This document shows positions 39,782 through 48,852 of a stretch of 64,000 bases of DNA, in pieces. The notes under the pieces are model-generated. The model was not told where the DNA came from. It made no database searches and saw nothing but the letters and a program-made list of their open reading frames with translations. The first letter of the stretch is position 1, and each line of letters begins with the position of its first letter. The translations under genes were made by a program, and so were the position numbers. Source of the DNA: a bacterium (lineage in GTDB: Bacteria; Electryoneota; Electryoneia; Electryoneales; Electryoneaceae); the NCBI GenBank assembly GCA_963669175.1, contig OY769902.1:4192001-4256000 (forward strand), given 5' to 3'.

Positions 39782-40843
39782 TTATACGCAGGCAGGATTG
39801 TAGTCTTGTTCTTTGACCAGCATGGCCCACAGTATCACGGCTAGTTTTCGTGCCATGGCGACGATCGCCACTTTCCGTGTTTTCCCGGCATGGATCGCAT
39901 CGTATTTCTTCTTTGCATACGGATCTTTTTGCACCCAACGCCACGCAGCTTCGACCAATAGTTTTCGTAGATGGGACGGTCCCCAGTGGGTAATGTGTCC
40001 CATATGGCGTGTGTTGGCGCTTGACCATTCACACGGCGTCAAGCCAAGATGTGCGCCGACTTGCTTACCGGATGCGAAGCGTTCGGGACGATACATCTCG
40101 GTCACGAAGGCGTTCACGGTCAGCTCGCCCACGCCTTTCACCTGGCACAGGCGCTGGGTACGGTCCCGATACGTTGCGGACGCATTCATCGCCTTGATCG
40201 CTTTGGTGATCACCTTGAGTTGCTGTTCAATGGCCTCCAGCTCATCGAGAGCAACATCAATGGCTATCCGTGTCGCAGCCAGACAATCACACGTTCGCAA
40301 CCAGCGCCGGTATTCCTTTGTCCAATAGCGTTGCGGCGGAAACGGTGACTGTAAACCGTGAAACAATAGCAGACTCTTGATTCGGTTTTTGACCCGAACG
40401 CGATCATTCATCACCTGGTCACGGGTGCGAGACAACTGACGATCCGCCTCTTCCTGTTCTGTGGGGACATGTACCCAGGTACGAGGTGGTGTCCAGAACA
40501 TGTGGGCCAAGGTAAGGGCATCCAGATGATCGGTCTTCTGCTGCTTCGCTTGCGCCCCTTTGGGAACTTGGCTGGGCGGCGCGATCTGGCAGTCAACACC
40601 TTGGCCGATCAGGTAACGACAGAGGCCAAAGCCGGTGAGGCCCGCTTCATAACACGCCCACATGCGGCAGTTGGGAAAACGGGCAAAGAAGCGTTCCCAA
40701 GCGGCTGAGTCATGCTTGATCCGATTCTCAAAGAGCACTTCACCAGTCTGGGTGTCGAGCACAACGGCGAAAGAAGTCTGCGAATCAACATCCAGACCTA
40801 TAGACAATGAACGGTCCGCTGCAATAACTTGGTTCTTCGACAT
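39782..40843 (-). CDS. IS110 family recombinase/transposase
   Basis: DEDD RuvC-like motifs IGLDVD, CYEAG, KTDHLDA; GVGELT; GLTPCEWSSA (Ser); LVEAAW; VAMARKLA. Confidence 0.95.
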   Translation of the reverse strand: MSKNQVIAADRSLSIGLDVDSQTSFAVVLDTQTGEVLFENRIKHDSAAWERFFARFPNCRMWACYEAGLTGFGLCRYLIGQGVDCQIAPPSQVPKGAQAKQQKTDHLDALTLAHMFWTPPRTWVHVPTEQEEADRQLSRTRDQVMNDRVRVKNRIKSLLLFHGLQSPFPPQRYWTKEYRRWLRTCDCLAATRIAIDVALDELEAIEQQLKVITKAIKAMNASATYRDRTQRLCQVKGVGELTVNAFVTEMYRPERFASGKQVGAHLGLTPCEWSSANTRHMGHITHWGPSHLRKLLVEAAWRWVQKDPYAKKKYDAIHAGKTRKVAIVAMARKLAVILWAMLVKEQDYNPACV

Positions 40844-40938
40844 GGCGCTTCTCCTTGTGTTGGAAAAATGGAATACTGCTAAGATAGCAGTTCCAACACG
40901 ACTTGATGCGCCTGTCGTTTAACATAGGAACTCGAAAG

Positions 40939-41100
40939 CTATTGCTGATTCGATAGCTATTGCTGATTCGATGTCTATTGCTGATTCGATGTCTATTGCT
41001 GATTCGATAGCTATTGCTGATTCGATGTCTATTGCTGATTCGATGTCTATTGCTGATTCGATGTCTATTGCTGATTCGATAGCTATTGCTGATTCGATAG
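40939..41100. repeat. 18-bp tandem array (9 units) at the end of composite element B
   Basis: CTATTGCTGATTCGAT(AG/GT) x9; its reverse complement shares the GAATCAGCAA core with the array at 15961-16113. Confidence 0.95.
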
Positions 41101-41103
41101 CCA

Positions 41104-41748
41104 TTAGCCTGCTTCAGCAGGCTCCTCTTAGCACCCGGCTTTAGCCGGGTGGATGGATATAACAAAAGCTATGAGCGCGCTTTAGCGTGCTTTAACGTCA
41201 TAGAATCCATACGAATCAGGAAAGCACCCTGAAGGGCGCTCGAACGGTTGTTTTCCTTGTTCCCCCGGCTAAAGCCCTGTCTCTTGCTCACATCTTCGTG
41301 TTTCTGCCACCCCGGAGGGGGTGGTATATTTTAGCGTAGGGTTGACGCTGTCTGTTTAGCGTCTACCCTACGAAAAAGATCAAACCTTATCTCAACCCTG
41401 GAAGGGTTGCATAACGTATAATTTACACCCAATTGGTTTGTATAGAATATAAAATGCGTTATTTCCTGTATTTATTGAACGTACTAATATGAATCGCGTA
41501 TTATGCAACCCTTCCAGGGTTGATTATTCGTTAGAATACCTGACATAGTGTACAGGCCAAACAGACGGCCTGTACACTATGCTAAAATAGGGAATCCCGC
41601 CGGGATTCTAAAAATGCTATGTCCACAACTCTTTTACTGATACAGCTTTCAGAAGATGTGGGAAAGAGACAGGGCTAAAGCCGGGGTCTAAGAGGAGCAG
41701 GCTAAAGCCTGCTAACACAAGTAAATATATTTTCGAAAGAGTGCAATC
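41104..41748 (-). mobile_element. REP/REPIN-like multi-hairpin element, copy B (reverse complement of copy A outside the MITE)
   Basis: 41104-41276 is the reverse complement of about 15790-15962, and 41673-41748 of about 15316-15393, with a few differences. Confidence 0.82.
41277..41672. mobile_element. 396-bp IS50/Tn5-like MITE, copy 2
   Basis: Same + strand orientation as 15394-15789, about 4 substitutions by eye; TSD GGCTAAAGCC at 41267-41276 and 41673-41682. Confidence 0.88.
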
Positions 41749-41878
41749 GGGGAGAATCGGACTCTACCCAAGAAAGATGTTCAGTGCCTGAAAGCTGCTG
41801 TCGCCAACCTGAAACGGTAAAGACTTTCGGGAACGACATAATCACCAGAAGCATTTGAAACTCAAGGGAGGTGGTTTC

Positions 41879-42202
41879 ATGCTTGGCTTGATCTTGATGC
41901 TCGCTGAAGCAATGTTGTTCTGGTTTATCACCGTATTTATGACCCAGGACCACTCGATTGACTGGAAGAAGTTCGCCCTCTGGACCATCCTGATTCACAT
42001 GCTTGGCAATGGTGTTGCCGTCCTCCTCATTCATGCCCTTGAAGCTCCAGTGCTTGGCGCTATTCTATCCTTGGCGATTGTCGTCTCTGGCCTCTACATC
42101 ATGCTAGGCTCCCATTTTGTCGGGATAAAATCCATAGCCAAGAAAGTTCAAATCCTTGCCATCTACTTTGTCGCTTCCCTGATTTTCAGCATTGTGTGTT
42201 GA
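41879..42202 (+). CDS. Small hypothetical membrane protein (about 4 TM)
   Basis: GGAGGT RBS before ATG 41879; almost entirely hydrophobic helices. Confidence 0.65.
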   Translation: MLGLILMLAEAMLFWFITVFMTQDHSIDWKKFALWTILIHMLGNGVAVLLIHALEAPVLGAILSLAIVVSGLYIMLGSHFVGIKSIAKKVQILAIYFVASLIFSIVC

Positions 42203-42342
42203 GCATGGGCCACTGCTCTTATAACTAGTCTGAGTTCCAGAACCCCACATACATTAATACCCCAGTATCTGCAAATGCTCCGAAGCTCTTAACTATTTCC
42301 TGCCTTTCGCATCGTAAATTCGAATAACATTCTGGAGTTGAA

Positions 42343-43323
42343 ATGAGTACTCATCCTGTCAAAGTCAGGTATTCATTCCTGAAGATTCTGACCGGTTCGG
42401 ATTTATCCCGGCGCAAGCTTCCTGTTATGAGCGCTACCGGCGCCAAACCCGGGCCTGTTGTATGGATAACAGCCTGCGTTCATGGTGATGAAGTCGGAGG
42501 AATTGCCATAGTACAAGAGCTCTTCAAGTACCTGAAGAAGGGATTAAAACGGGGCAAAGTAATGGCTTTCCCCCTGATGAATCCCATTGGTTTTGAAACC
42601 GGATCACGGAACATCACGATCAGCAAGGAAGACCTGAACCGATCCTTTCCCGGTGATCCGGAGGGCAGCCTTGGGAATCGTATTGCCAACCAGGTGTTTG
42701 AAAGGATATTAAGTTCCGACCCTGATCTGGTTCTGGATTTACATAATGACTGGATTCATTCTATTCCCTATGCCCTGATTGATCCTCGAGGTGAAGCGAT
42801 CTCATCAGAAACCATGCGGACAACTCGCGTTTTCGCTCATCAAACCGGCTTCATAGTCGTAAAAGACTCGGAGAACCTGACCGGCTCGCTTTCATACAGT
42901 CTATTGCTCAGAGGGATACCTGCATTGACCTTTGAAATGGGTGAGCCGAAAATCATCAATGAACGAAACGTCAAATACGGACTCGGTGCGATCAAGAATA
43001 TTTTACGCGAGATGGATATGATAGAAGACGTGGACGATCCCTTCCTGTTTCCGTTGCTGAGCTTCGATTTCCGGAACCAGGAATATCTCTATTTTGATCG
43101 TCCCTGTACTTCGAGATCAGGAATAGTCCGTTTCCTGGTAAGCGTCGGGCAACGTGTTAAACAGGGTCAACCAGTTGCAAAGATTGTCAACGCTTTCGGT
43201 AAACAGATCCAGGTGCTACGTGCGAAAACGGATGGCGTTGTCCTTGGGATGACCGATTCGGCAGTTGTTTTCCCGGGGATGGTCGTTATGGCGTTTGCAG
43301 TTTCTGAAATCCCCCAGGATTAG
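42343..43323 (+). CDS. Succinylglutamate desuccinylase/aspartoacylase (M14-like) family protein
   Basis: HGDEVGG, DLNRSFPG, VLDLH, TFEMG; C-terminal biotinyl-lipoyl-like barrel. Confidence 0.9.
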   Translation: MSTHPVKVRYSFLKILTGSDLSRRKLPVMSATGAKPGPVVWITACVHGDEVGGIAIVQELFKYLKKGLKRGKVMAFPLMNPIGFETGSRNITISKEDLNRSFPGDPEGSLGNRIANQVFERILSSDPDLVLDLHNDWIHSIPYALIDPRGEAISSETMRTTRVFAHQTGFIVVKDSENLTGSLSYSLLLRGIPALTFEMGEPKIINERNVKYGLGAIKNILREMDMIEDVDDPFLFPLLSFDFRNQEYLYFDRPCTSRSGIVRFLVSVGQRVKQGQPVAKIVNAFGKQIQVLRAKTDGVVLGMTDSAVVFPGMVVMAFAVSEIPQD

Positions 43324-43360
43324 CAACATACGAACCCGTTATGCTTTTCAGGCAAGACGA

Positions 43361-43402
43361 AAATAAAAGCACCCATCCAGATATGTACCTGAATGGGTGC
43401 TT
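43361..43402 (-). terminator. Terminator downstream of tRNA-Gly
   Basis: AAGCACCCAT...ATGGGTGCTT stem with A-rich run on +. Confidence 0.6.
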
Positions 43403-43477
43403 GGAGCGGCGGACGGGACTCGAACCCGCAACATCCAGCTTGGGAAGCTGGTGCGCTACCAATTGCGCCACCACCGC
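43402..43477 (-). tRNA. tRNA-Gly (anticodon CCC)
   Basis: GCGGTGG acceptor, D-arm GCGC-AATTGGTA-GCGC, anticodon arm CCAGC-TTCCCAA-GCTGG, T-arm GGTTCGAGTCC, encoded CCA; 76 nt. Confidence 0.96.
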
Positions 43478-43634
43478 TTGTGTTGACCGGAGTATACATC
43501 CGTGGTAAGGATGCTGTCAAGATTTCATTTCCGCGTTCTTCGCTTGTGTTGGCTGTGCGAGACTCCTCCCCGGATAACATTGCACTACCATTCCCCCAAT
43601 CTTACCTTTGCCGAGTCACAACGGAGAGGTAGTC

Positions 43635-45092
43635 ATGCCGGAAATACTGGATGCGGTGGGCGAACTGAAAGAGGGAGTCAAGCTCCCGGACGCGGATCCC
43701 GCAGAAGATTTTAAGGGGTATCGTGGTGATGCCCGTGTGTTATTGGAAAAAACAGGCGCTCGTGTCTGGTGCGAAGTTGTACTGGAAACCACTCGCGGCG
43801 ATTTTCCCGGTATCCTGTTGCCACGTAGTGAAACGGCTGATGACAGGCATCTTGTCATCAAGTTGACCTACAACGGATACAACATTGGTGTCGCGATTGA
43901 CACTATCGAGAAAATTCGCATCGAGGGCTACCGCAAGGCAAACTACAAAATCCCGGAAAAAGAGTTTCCCACGGATGAAGGCAAGCCGAGCGTCGTTCTG
44001 CTGGGAACCGGCGGCACTATCGCCAGTCGTCTTGACTATCGTACCGGCGCAGTGATTCCGGCATTCAGCCCGGGCGAGCTGTATGGTTCTGTCCCGGAAC
44101 TGGCAGACATTTGCAACCTGCGCACCACCAAGCTGTATGGTGAGTTCAGCGAGAACATCGGCCCGACGCACTGGAAAGGTGTAGCGGCTGAGATCGCACG
44201 TGAGATTGAAGAGAACCACGTTGACGGTATCGTTATCGGTCATGGTACGGATACCATGCACTACACCGCTGCAGCGTTGACCTTCATGATCCAGAATCTC
44301 CCGGTGCCGGTTGTTGTGGTCGGCAGCCAGCGTTCCAGCGACCGTCCCTCATCAGATGCGGCGCTGAACCTGATCCGTGCCGTCAAAACTGCGGCTGATG
44401 GCGATTTTGCTGAAGTCATGGTCTGCATGTTCGGTCCGACCAGTGACTCCTATGACCTGCTGCACCGTGGCACGCGAGTCCGCAAGATGCACTCGAGCTA
44501 CCGTAGCACCTTCCGCACACTTTCCGACACGCCGATCGCGCGTGTGGATATGGATGGCTTCCGTCCGATCAAGCATGAGCAGGATTATACGCATCGCGAT
44601 ATGAATCGCAAGCCGATCCTGGACAACGTGTTCGATGAACGGGTTGCCATTGTCTGGTATTATCCCAACATGAAGCCGGATGTGATCGACAGCCTGATCG
44701 ACAACGGTTACAAAGGCATCATCATCGCCGGAACCGGCCTGGGTCATGTCAACAAGCCGCTCTACCCCGCCATTAAGCGCGGTGTCGAGCAGGGCGTACA
44801 CTTCTTCATGACAGTCCAGACTCTCTGGGGCTATGTCCAGATGTTTGTGTACGACACCGGCCGTGACATCATGGAGCTGGGCGTTACTCCGTTGGCGAAC
44901 ATGCTGCCGGAAGTCGCGTACGTGAAGCTGGGCTGGGTGCTGGGCCATACCGATGAACGCGACGAAGTGAAGCGCATGATGCTGACCCCGGTCAATGGGG
45001 AAATCACAGAACGCGAACCGATTGATGGCTACCTGGTCATGCAGGGCGGATTGCCTGAGCTGGATGAGTACTTCAAACAGTTCAAGGTCTGA
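43635..45092 (+). CDS. gatD: Glu-tRNA(Gln) amidotransferase subunit D (archaeal-type GatD)
   Basis: N-terminal GatD-specific barrel (GILLPRSE..DDRHLVIKL.YNGYNIG) plus asparaginase I domain GTGGTIASRLDYRTGAV, HGTDTMHYT, GSQRSSDRPSSD, RVRKMHSS.R..F, GTGLGH, MLPEVAYVKL.W.LG. Confidence 0.88.
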   Translation: MPEILDAVGELKEGVKLPDADPAEDFKGYRGDARVLLEKTGARVWCEVVLETTRGDFPGILLPRSETADDRHLVIKLTYNGYNIGVAIDTIEKIRIEGYRKANYKIPEKEFPTDEGKPSVVLLGTGGTIASRLDYRTGAVIPAFSPGELYGSVPELADICNLRTTKLYGEFSENIGPTHWKGVAAEIAREIEENHVDGIVIGHGTDTMHYTAAALTFMIQNLPVPVVVVGSQRSSDRPSSDAALNLIRAVKTAADGDFAEVMVCMFGPTSDSYDLLHRGTRVRKMHSSYRSTFRTLSDTPIARVDMDGFRPIKHEQDYTHRDMNRKPILDNVFDERVAIVWYYPNMKPDVIDSLIDNGYKGIIIAGTGLGHVNKPLYPAIKRGVEQGVHFFMTVQTLWGYVQMFVYDTGRDIMELGVTPLANMLPEVAYVKLGWVLGHTDERDEVKRMMLTPVNGEITEREPIDGYLVMQGGLPELDEYFKQFKV

Positions 45093-45231
45093 TCGCACCC
45101 TTCGGTAACTCCGGAGATAGCCTCAAACTGCGTTTCCGGTGGGAACACGAATTCATGACACTCGTATCATTCTACAGGAGAGGTGTGGCCTTCAGAGAAT
45201 GATGTTTGTGCGAGTTGTGTCATGGGAATAC

Positions 45232-45425
45232 TTGTTTCGACGTACTGGTATTACTTACCTGCGCTGCTTTTTGCGCTCCTGTTTCCTTTTGCCGGGTGTA
45301 GAAAACTCCGGAAAGAGTTCCGTATGCACGCTCGGGGCACCCGGTGGTGTTTTTATGCGTCGTACGTAGTCACCTTCAGCCTGATGTTACTGCTGGTATT
45401 GATCACCTTCCGTCATTATAGCTGA
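45232..45425 (+). CDS. Possible small 2-TM membrane protein
   Basis: MGILVSTYWYYLPALLFALLFPFAG...YVVTFSLMLLLVLITFRHYS; two hydrophobic helices with a basic loop. Start uncertain. Confidence 0.35.
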
Positions 45426-45437
45426 TTGCTGATTACT

Positions 45438-46166
45438 CTATTTCTTCGCTTTGCTTTTCCCCGCAAGTTCCTGTACTTCCTGTGCGGACAGGTTCCGCCA
45501 GTGTCCCTCTTTCAGGCTGCCCAGTGTTACCGTACCGATGCGTACACGAACCAGCTCGGCGATCCAGAGCTTTTCGGCTTTTGCCAGGTTTCGTACCTGT
45601 CGATTCCTGCCTTCACGCAAAACCACGCTGATCAATTGCCCTTTCCGGGTAACACGTTTGGCCCTGTATGTCTTCCCGTCTTCCTCGTAAGAAGCTTTCT
45701 TCATTTTCGCTTCCGCTTCCTTGGGCGACGATTTACGGAAACGCACCAGGTATTCCTTCTCCTTGCCATAGCGTGGATGCATAATCTTGTTCGCCCAGTC
45801 GCCATCGGTGGTCAGGAACAGTAATCCGCTGCTGTTCAGGTCGAGTCTGCCTACAGTAAAAAGACGCCTCTCCTTCTTCACCAGGTCACCGAGCAAACGT
45901 CCCGGTTCCGTAGACTTGGTAAAACTGGACAAGTAGCCGACCGGTTTGTTCAGCACGAGATAGAGATGCGGTTTAGGACGCGGTAGCGGTGTCCCCTCCA
46001 CCTCGATCCGTTCCTTACCCTCTTCAACCGGGTATGCCGGATCGACGATGATTTCGCCATCGACCGTAACCTTACCGTCACGGATGATCTCTTCGCTGAC
46101 ACGCCGTGCCGCAATACCACGCTTTGCCAGCAGGTGCGCCAGCCGGATCGTCTCTTTTTCTGCCAT
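45438..46166 (-). CDS. rRNA pseudouridine synthase, RsuA/RluB family (S4 domain)
   Basis: RLAHLLAKRGIAARR, LNKPVG, VGRLDLNSSGLL, EGRNRQVR. Confidence 0.93.
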   Translation of the reverse strand: MAEKETIRLAHLLAKRGIAARRVSEEIIRDGKVTVDGEIIVDPAYPVEEGKERIEVEGTPLPRPKPHLYLVLNKPVGYLSSFTKSTEPGRLLGDLVKKERRLFTVGRLDLNSSGLLFLTTDGDWANKIMHPRYGKEKEYLVRFRKSSPKEAEAKMKKASYEEDGKTYRAKRVTRKGQLISVVLREGRNRQVRNLAKAEKLWIAELVRVRIGTVTLGSLKEGHWRNLSAQEVQELAGKSKAKK

Positions 46167-46346
46167 GTCTCTGTTTCTTTCCTGCAGATCAATTTCATTG
46201 AATTGATCCACATCTCCACACAAGTACACTGCGTTCTAGTGAGGGGCAATATACGTTCGGCCGCTCTGTTTCCAAAGCGGCCGAAACGTAAGAAAATCAC
46301 TCTCGTATCAGCTAACCGGCAATCAACCGGCTAACGGAAGAGAAGT

Positions 46347-48503
46347 TTAAAATTTCGCATGGTTCTGAATGTCCCTGCTGATGGTCGGTTCAGCATCAAC
46401 GATTTCATTGATGACAGTCACCGCCCCGGTCGAACCATTGACTTCACACACGCGCCAGTATTCACCATCCCCTGAACTCGGCACAGTTACAGTCGTAACC
46501 AGGCCACTCTCATCATACACCTGAACTCGTGCACCACAACCGGCCAGGTCCGGGGTACCCGAATAGTTATGGACATAGTAGGTATATGTTCCTGTAAACT
46601 GCTGGTAAACAGTGATGGTTTCCGGCCCGTAGCCGTTCATATCATCGATATCAAGCATTGCATAGGGAGCTTCATCTGCATAACCAGTGAATCCATAATA
46701 GACATGGTAATCACTGCCTTCAATCTCCGGTGTCAACAGGTGGCTGTCCAGATCGTACGGACTACTGCCCCATCCAAGAATAAAACGCAGGCTTCCTTCC
46801 CCGGTAAGCACTGGCGACATGATGAAGTTCACTTGAACTTCGCTATCCTGAACGATGTACGTTTCCTGGGTGTTATTGTAGTAACCTGTCGCAGTTACCG
46901 TAATATCATGAGTTCCTGTCGCAGTCAGGAAAGCGTAGTAGCCCTGTGCATTGGAATAGCCTGACTCACCGGTATCACTGTAAATGTAGGCGCCTTCAAT
47001 AGCGTTTCCGGTCTGTGAGTCGGTCACAAAACCGTACACAGTGCCACGTGTCTGTACAGATTCATCCAAGTTGAAGTACAAGGAATAAGCCCCATGCGTC
47101 CCCACACTGACAGATTCCGAGTCGTCATTATACCCGTTCGCAGAAGCTGTTACTGAGTGAATGCCGGCGGGAAGAAACATGGTGTAATAGCCATCGCCAT
47201 CCGTATATGTATAAATGCCATCCTGGTTGCTGACCATGGCATCTTCAATACCAACATAGTAGGTATTGGTAACCGTCCCGTAAACCAGACCATAACTGTA
47301 GTCACCGTTCATGGTCAGTTCGACGTCAAGATGGTATTCCTGGCTTTCCGCCAGAGTAATCGGATCGGACACAACGGTGTCGCCCATGGTATGTGTGAAC
47401 GAGATCTGGTTCACACCGGCGCTGACTGTGAAGGAATAGTAGCCATGTTCGTTTGCCATGGTAGAGTGTCCGAATTCATCCCAGACGAGAACATTCGGGA
47501 ATCCAACACCCGTAACCCCCAGGGTCACATTACCCCAGACGGTTGCAGTCCCGGATGCCTGCTGAGTCAGGTAGATTGTTGTCGCAGCAGGTGTGCCTGC
47601 GACGACCTGAACAGTCGCAGTATTGGACACATATCCGGTTGCGGACACGGTAAGAATGCGTGTTCCCGGATTCACATAAAGTGTAAAGTATCCAGTGGAT
47701 TGGGAATAGGCTGTATGGTTATCGTCCGAAACGATCATTGCACCTTCAATAGCGCCACCCGAGACAGCATCATAGATAAACCCATACACTTCACCGGTGA
47801 CATCAGGCTGAAGCTGGATATCAAACATCTGGTAACTGTTGGCAGACAGAACAGCGCTTTCTGAAACAGCCTGATACCCGTCTACGTCAACGTCAACAGT
47901 ATAGTTGCCTGCATCCAGACCGCCCTTGTAGAAGAAACCGTAGGCGTCTGTGGTGGCAGTGAACTCGTACTCCGTATCAGTCTGAATAATGGTCACATTC
48001 TGGTTGATGACAGGAGCATATTCCTCTGTGTAAAGCGCGCCACAGACAGTTCCCTTGCCGTTTCCTCCGCGTACCATGTACGTGACATAGGTACCATCTT
48101 CATCAGTTTCTGTGAGGGTTGCACGGTATGAATCGTACACAACAACCAGTTCCGTTTGATCGCCAATATCTTCCTCATCCATGGATTCAACAACGGTTAC
48201 GGTCAAGTAGTTATGACCGCCACTCACTTCCCATGTAGAGGTACCAGAAGAATAAGCGACACCGTTAATGGTGACCGTCCAATCCCCATTAGCAGAGATG
48301 GTATATACTATCATCTGGTCATATCCGGATGTATATCCGAAATAGTCAGCGACATTGTACCAGGTGCCGGTAAAGCCGCTTGGAATAATCTCGTTTTCTT
48401 CGTCATCATCTTCTGAATCATCACACCCGACAAACAGACCACCCGTCATTGACACTGCCAGCAGACCGATACAAAGCCAGAACAACCAGAACTTTCTGAA
48501 CAT
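46347..48503 (-). CDS. Lipoprotein with tandem carboxypeptidase-regulatory-like (transthyretin-like) repeats and C-terminal YfaP/DUF2135-like domain
   Basis: FVGC lipobox; repeated G.VYG...IEGA...S...GYY..L..GT..TV.A.GY units; C-terminal ILGWG..PYDLDSHL..LDIDD..GYGPETI..YYVHNYSG. Confidence 0.8.
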   Translation of the reverse strand: MFRKFWLFWLCIGLLAVSMTGGLFVGCDDSEDDDEENEIIPSGFTGTWYNVADYFGYTSGYDQMIVYTISANGDWTVTINGVAYSSGTSTWEVSGGHNYLTVTVVESMDEEDIGDQTELVVVYDSYRATLTETDEDGTYVTYMVRGGNGKGTVCGALYTEEYAPVINQNVTIIQTDTEYEFTATTDAYGFFYKGGLDAGNYTVDVDVDGYQAVSESAVLSANSYQMFDIQLQPDVTGEVYGFIYDAVSGGAIEGAMIVSDDNHTAYSQSTGYFTLYVNPGTRILTVSATGYVSNTATVQVVAGTPAATTIYLTQQASGTATVWGNVTLGVTGVGFPNVLVWDEFGHSTMANEHGYYSFTVSAGVNQISFTHTMGDTVVSDPITLAESQEYHLDVELTMNGDYSYGLVYGTVTNTYYVGIEDAMVSNQDGIYTYTDGDGYYTMFLPAGIHSVTASANGYNDDSESVSVGTHGAYSLYFNLDESVQTRGTVYGFVTDSQTGNAIEGAYIYSDTGESGYSNAQGYYAFLTATGTHDITVTATGYYNNTQETYIVQDSEVQVNFIMSPVLTGEGSLRFILGWGSSPYDLDSHLLTPEIEGSDYHVYYGFTGYADEAPYAMLDIDDMNGYGPETITVYQQFTGTYTYYVHNYSGTPDLAGCGARVQVYDESGLVTTVTVPSSGDGEYWRVCEVNGSTGAVTVINEIVDAEPTISRDIQNHAKF

Positions 48504-48852
48504 GAGCCACCCCTCTTTGAATGAGCAGGACACCTGTGTATCCCGCTTCAGGTTTCTGCAAGTATACCTCAGTGAAACAAATATACAATGGAAAACAAGG
48601 CCAGAATGAATTGCCCGGAAAACACAATATCTTTACAAGTTCCAACTGATAATGTACAACTATTTTGATGAGTTGCCGTACAGGTTCCGGGAGTCACCTG
48701 CGTGATTGAAAGCATCAATCACACAGGATTAAACACGTGGTTATAATAAACATGAAAAGCACCCTGGAGAACTATATAATGCTTTGCGCTCATGCTTCTT
48801 ATCCTCTACATTATCATCTTCAACTATTGGTGATACCACGGAGTTTACTCTC

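Larger units (their letters stand above)
39560..40931 (-). mobile_element. IS110-family (IS1111-like) element with long 3' non-coding end
   Basis: Imperfect sub-terminal IRs CTATGTAAAC (39562-39571) and GTTTAACATAG (40917-40927); repeated 2-bp core TC at 39558-39559 and 40932-40933; no long TSD. Boundaries are inferred. Confidence 0.7.

Noticed and set aside
40939-41100. Possible CRISPR array or repeat-protein ORFs (IESAID.. / RISNRH..)
   Set aside because: Pure 18-bp tandem repeat; the ORFs are by-products of a period divisible by 3, with no RBS or coding context.
43323-43477. tRNA-Gly as the integration site of an island
   Set aside because: No duplicate of its 3' end and no integrase seen in the window; the tRNA is followed directly by its terminator.
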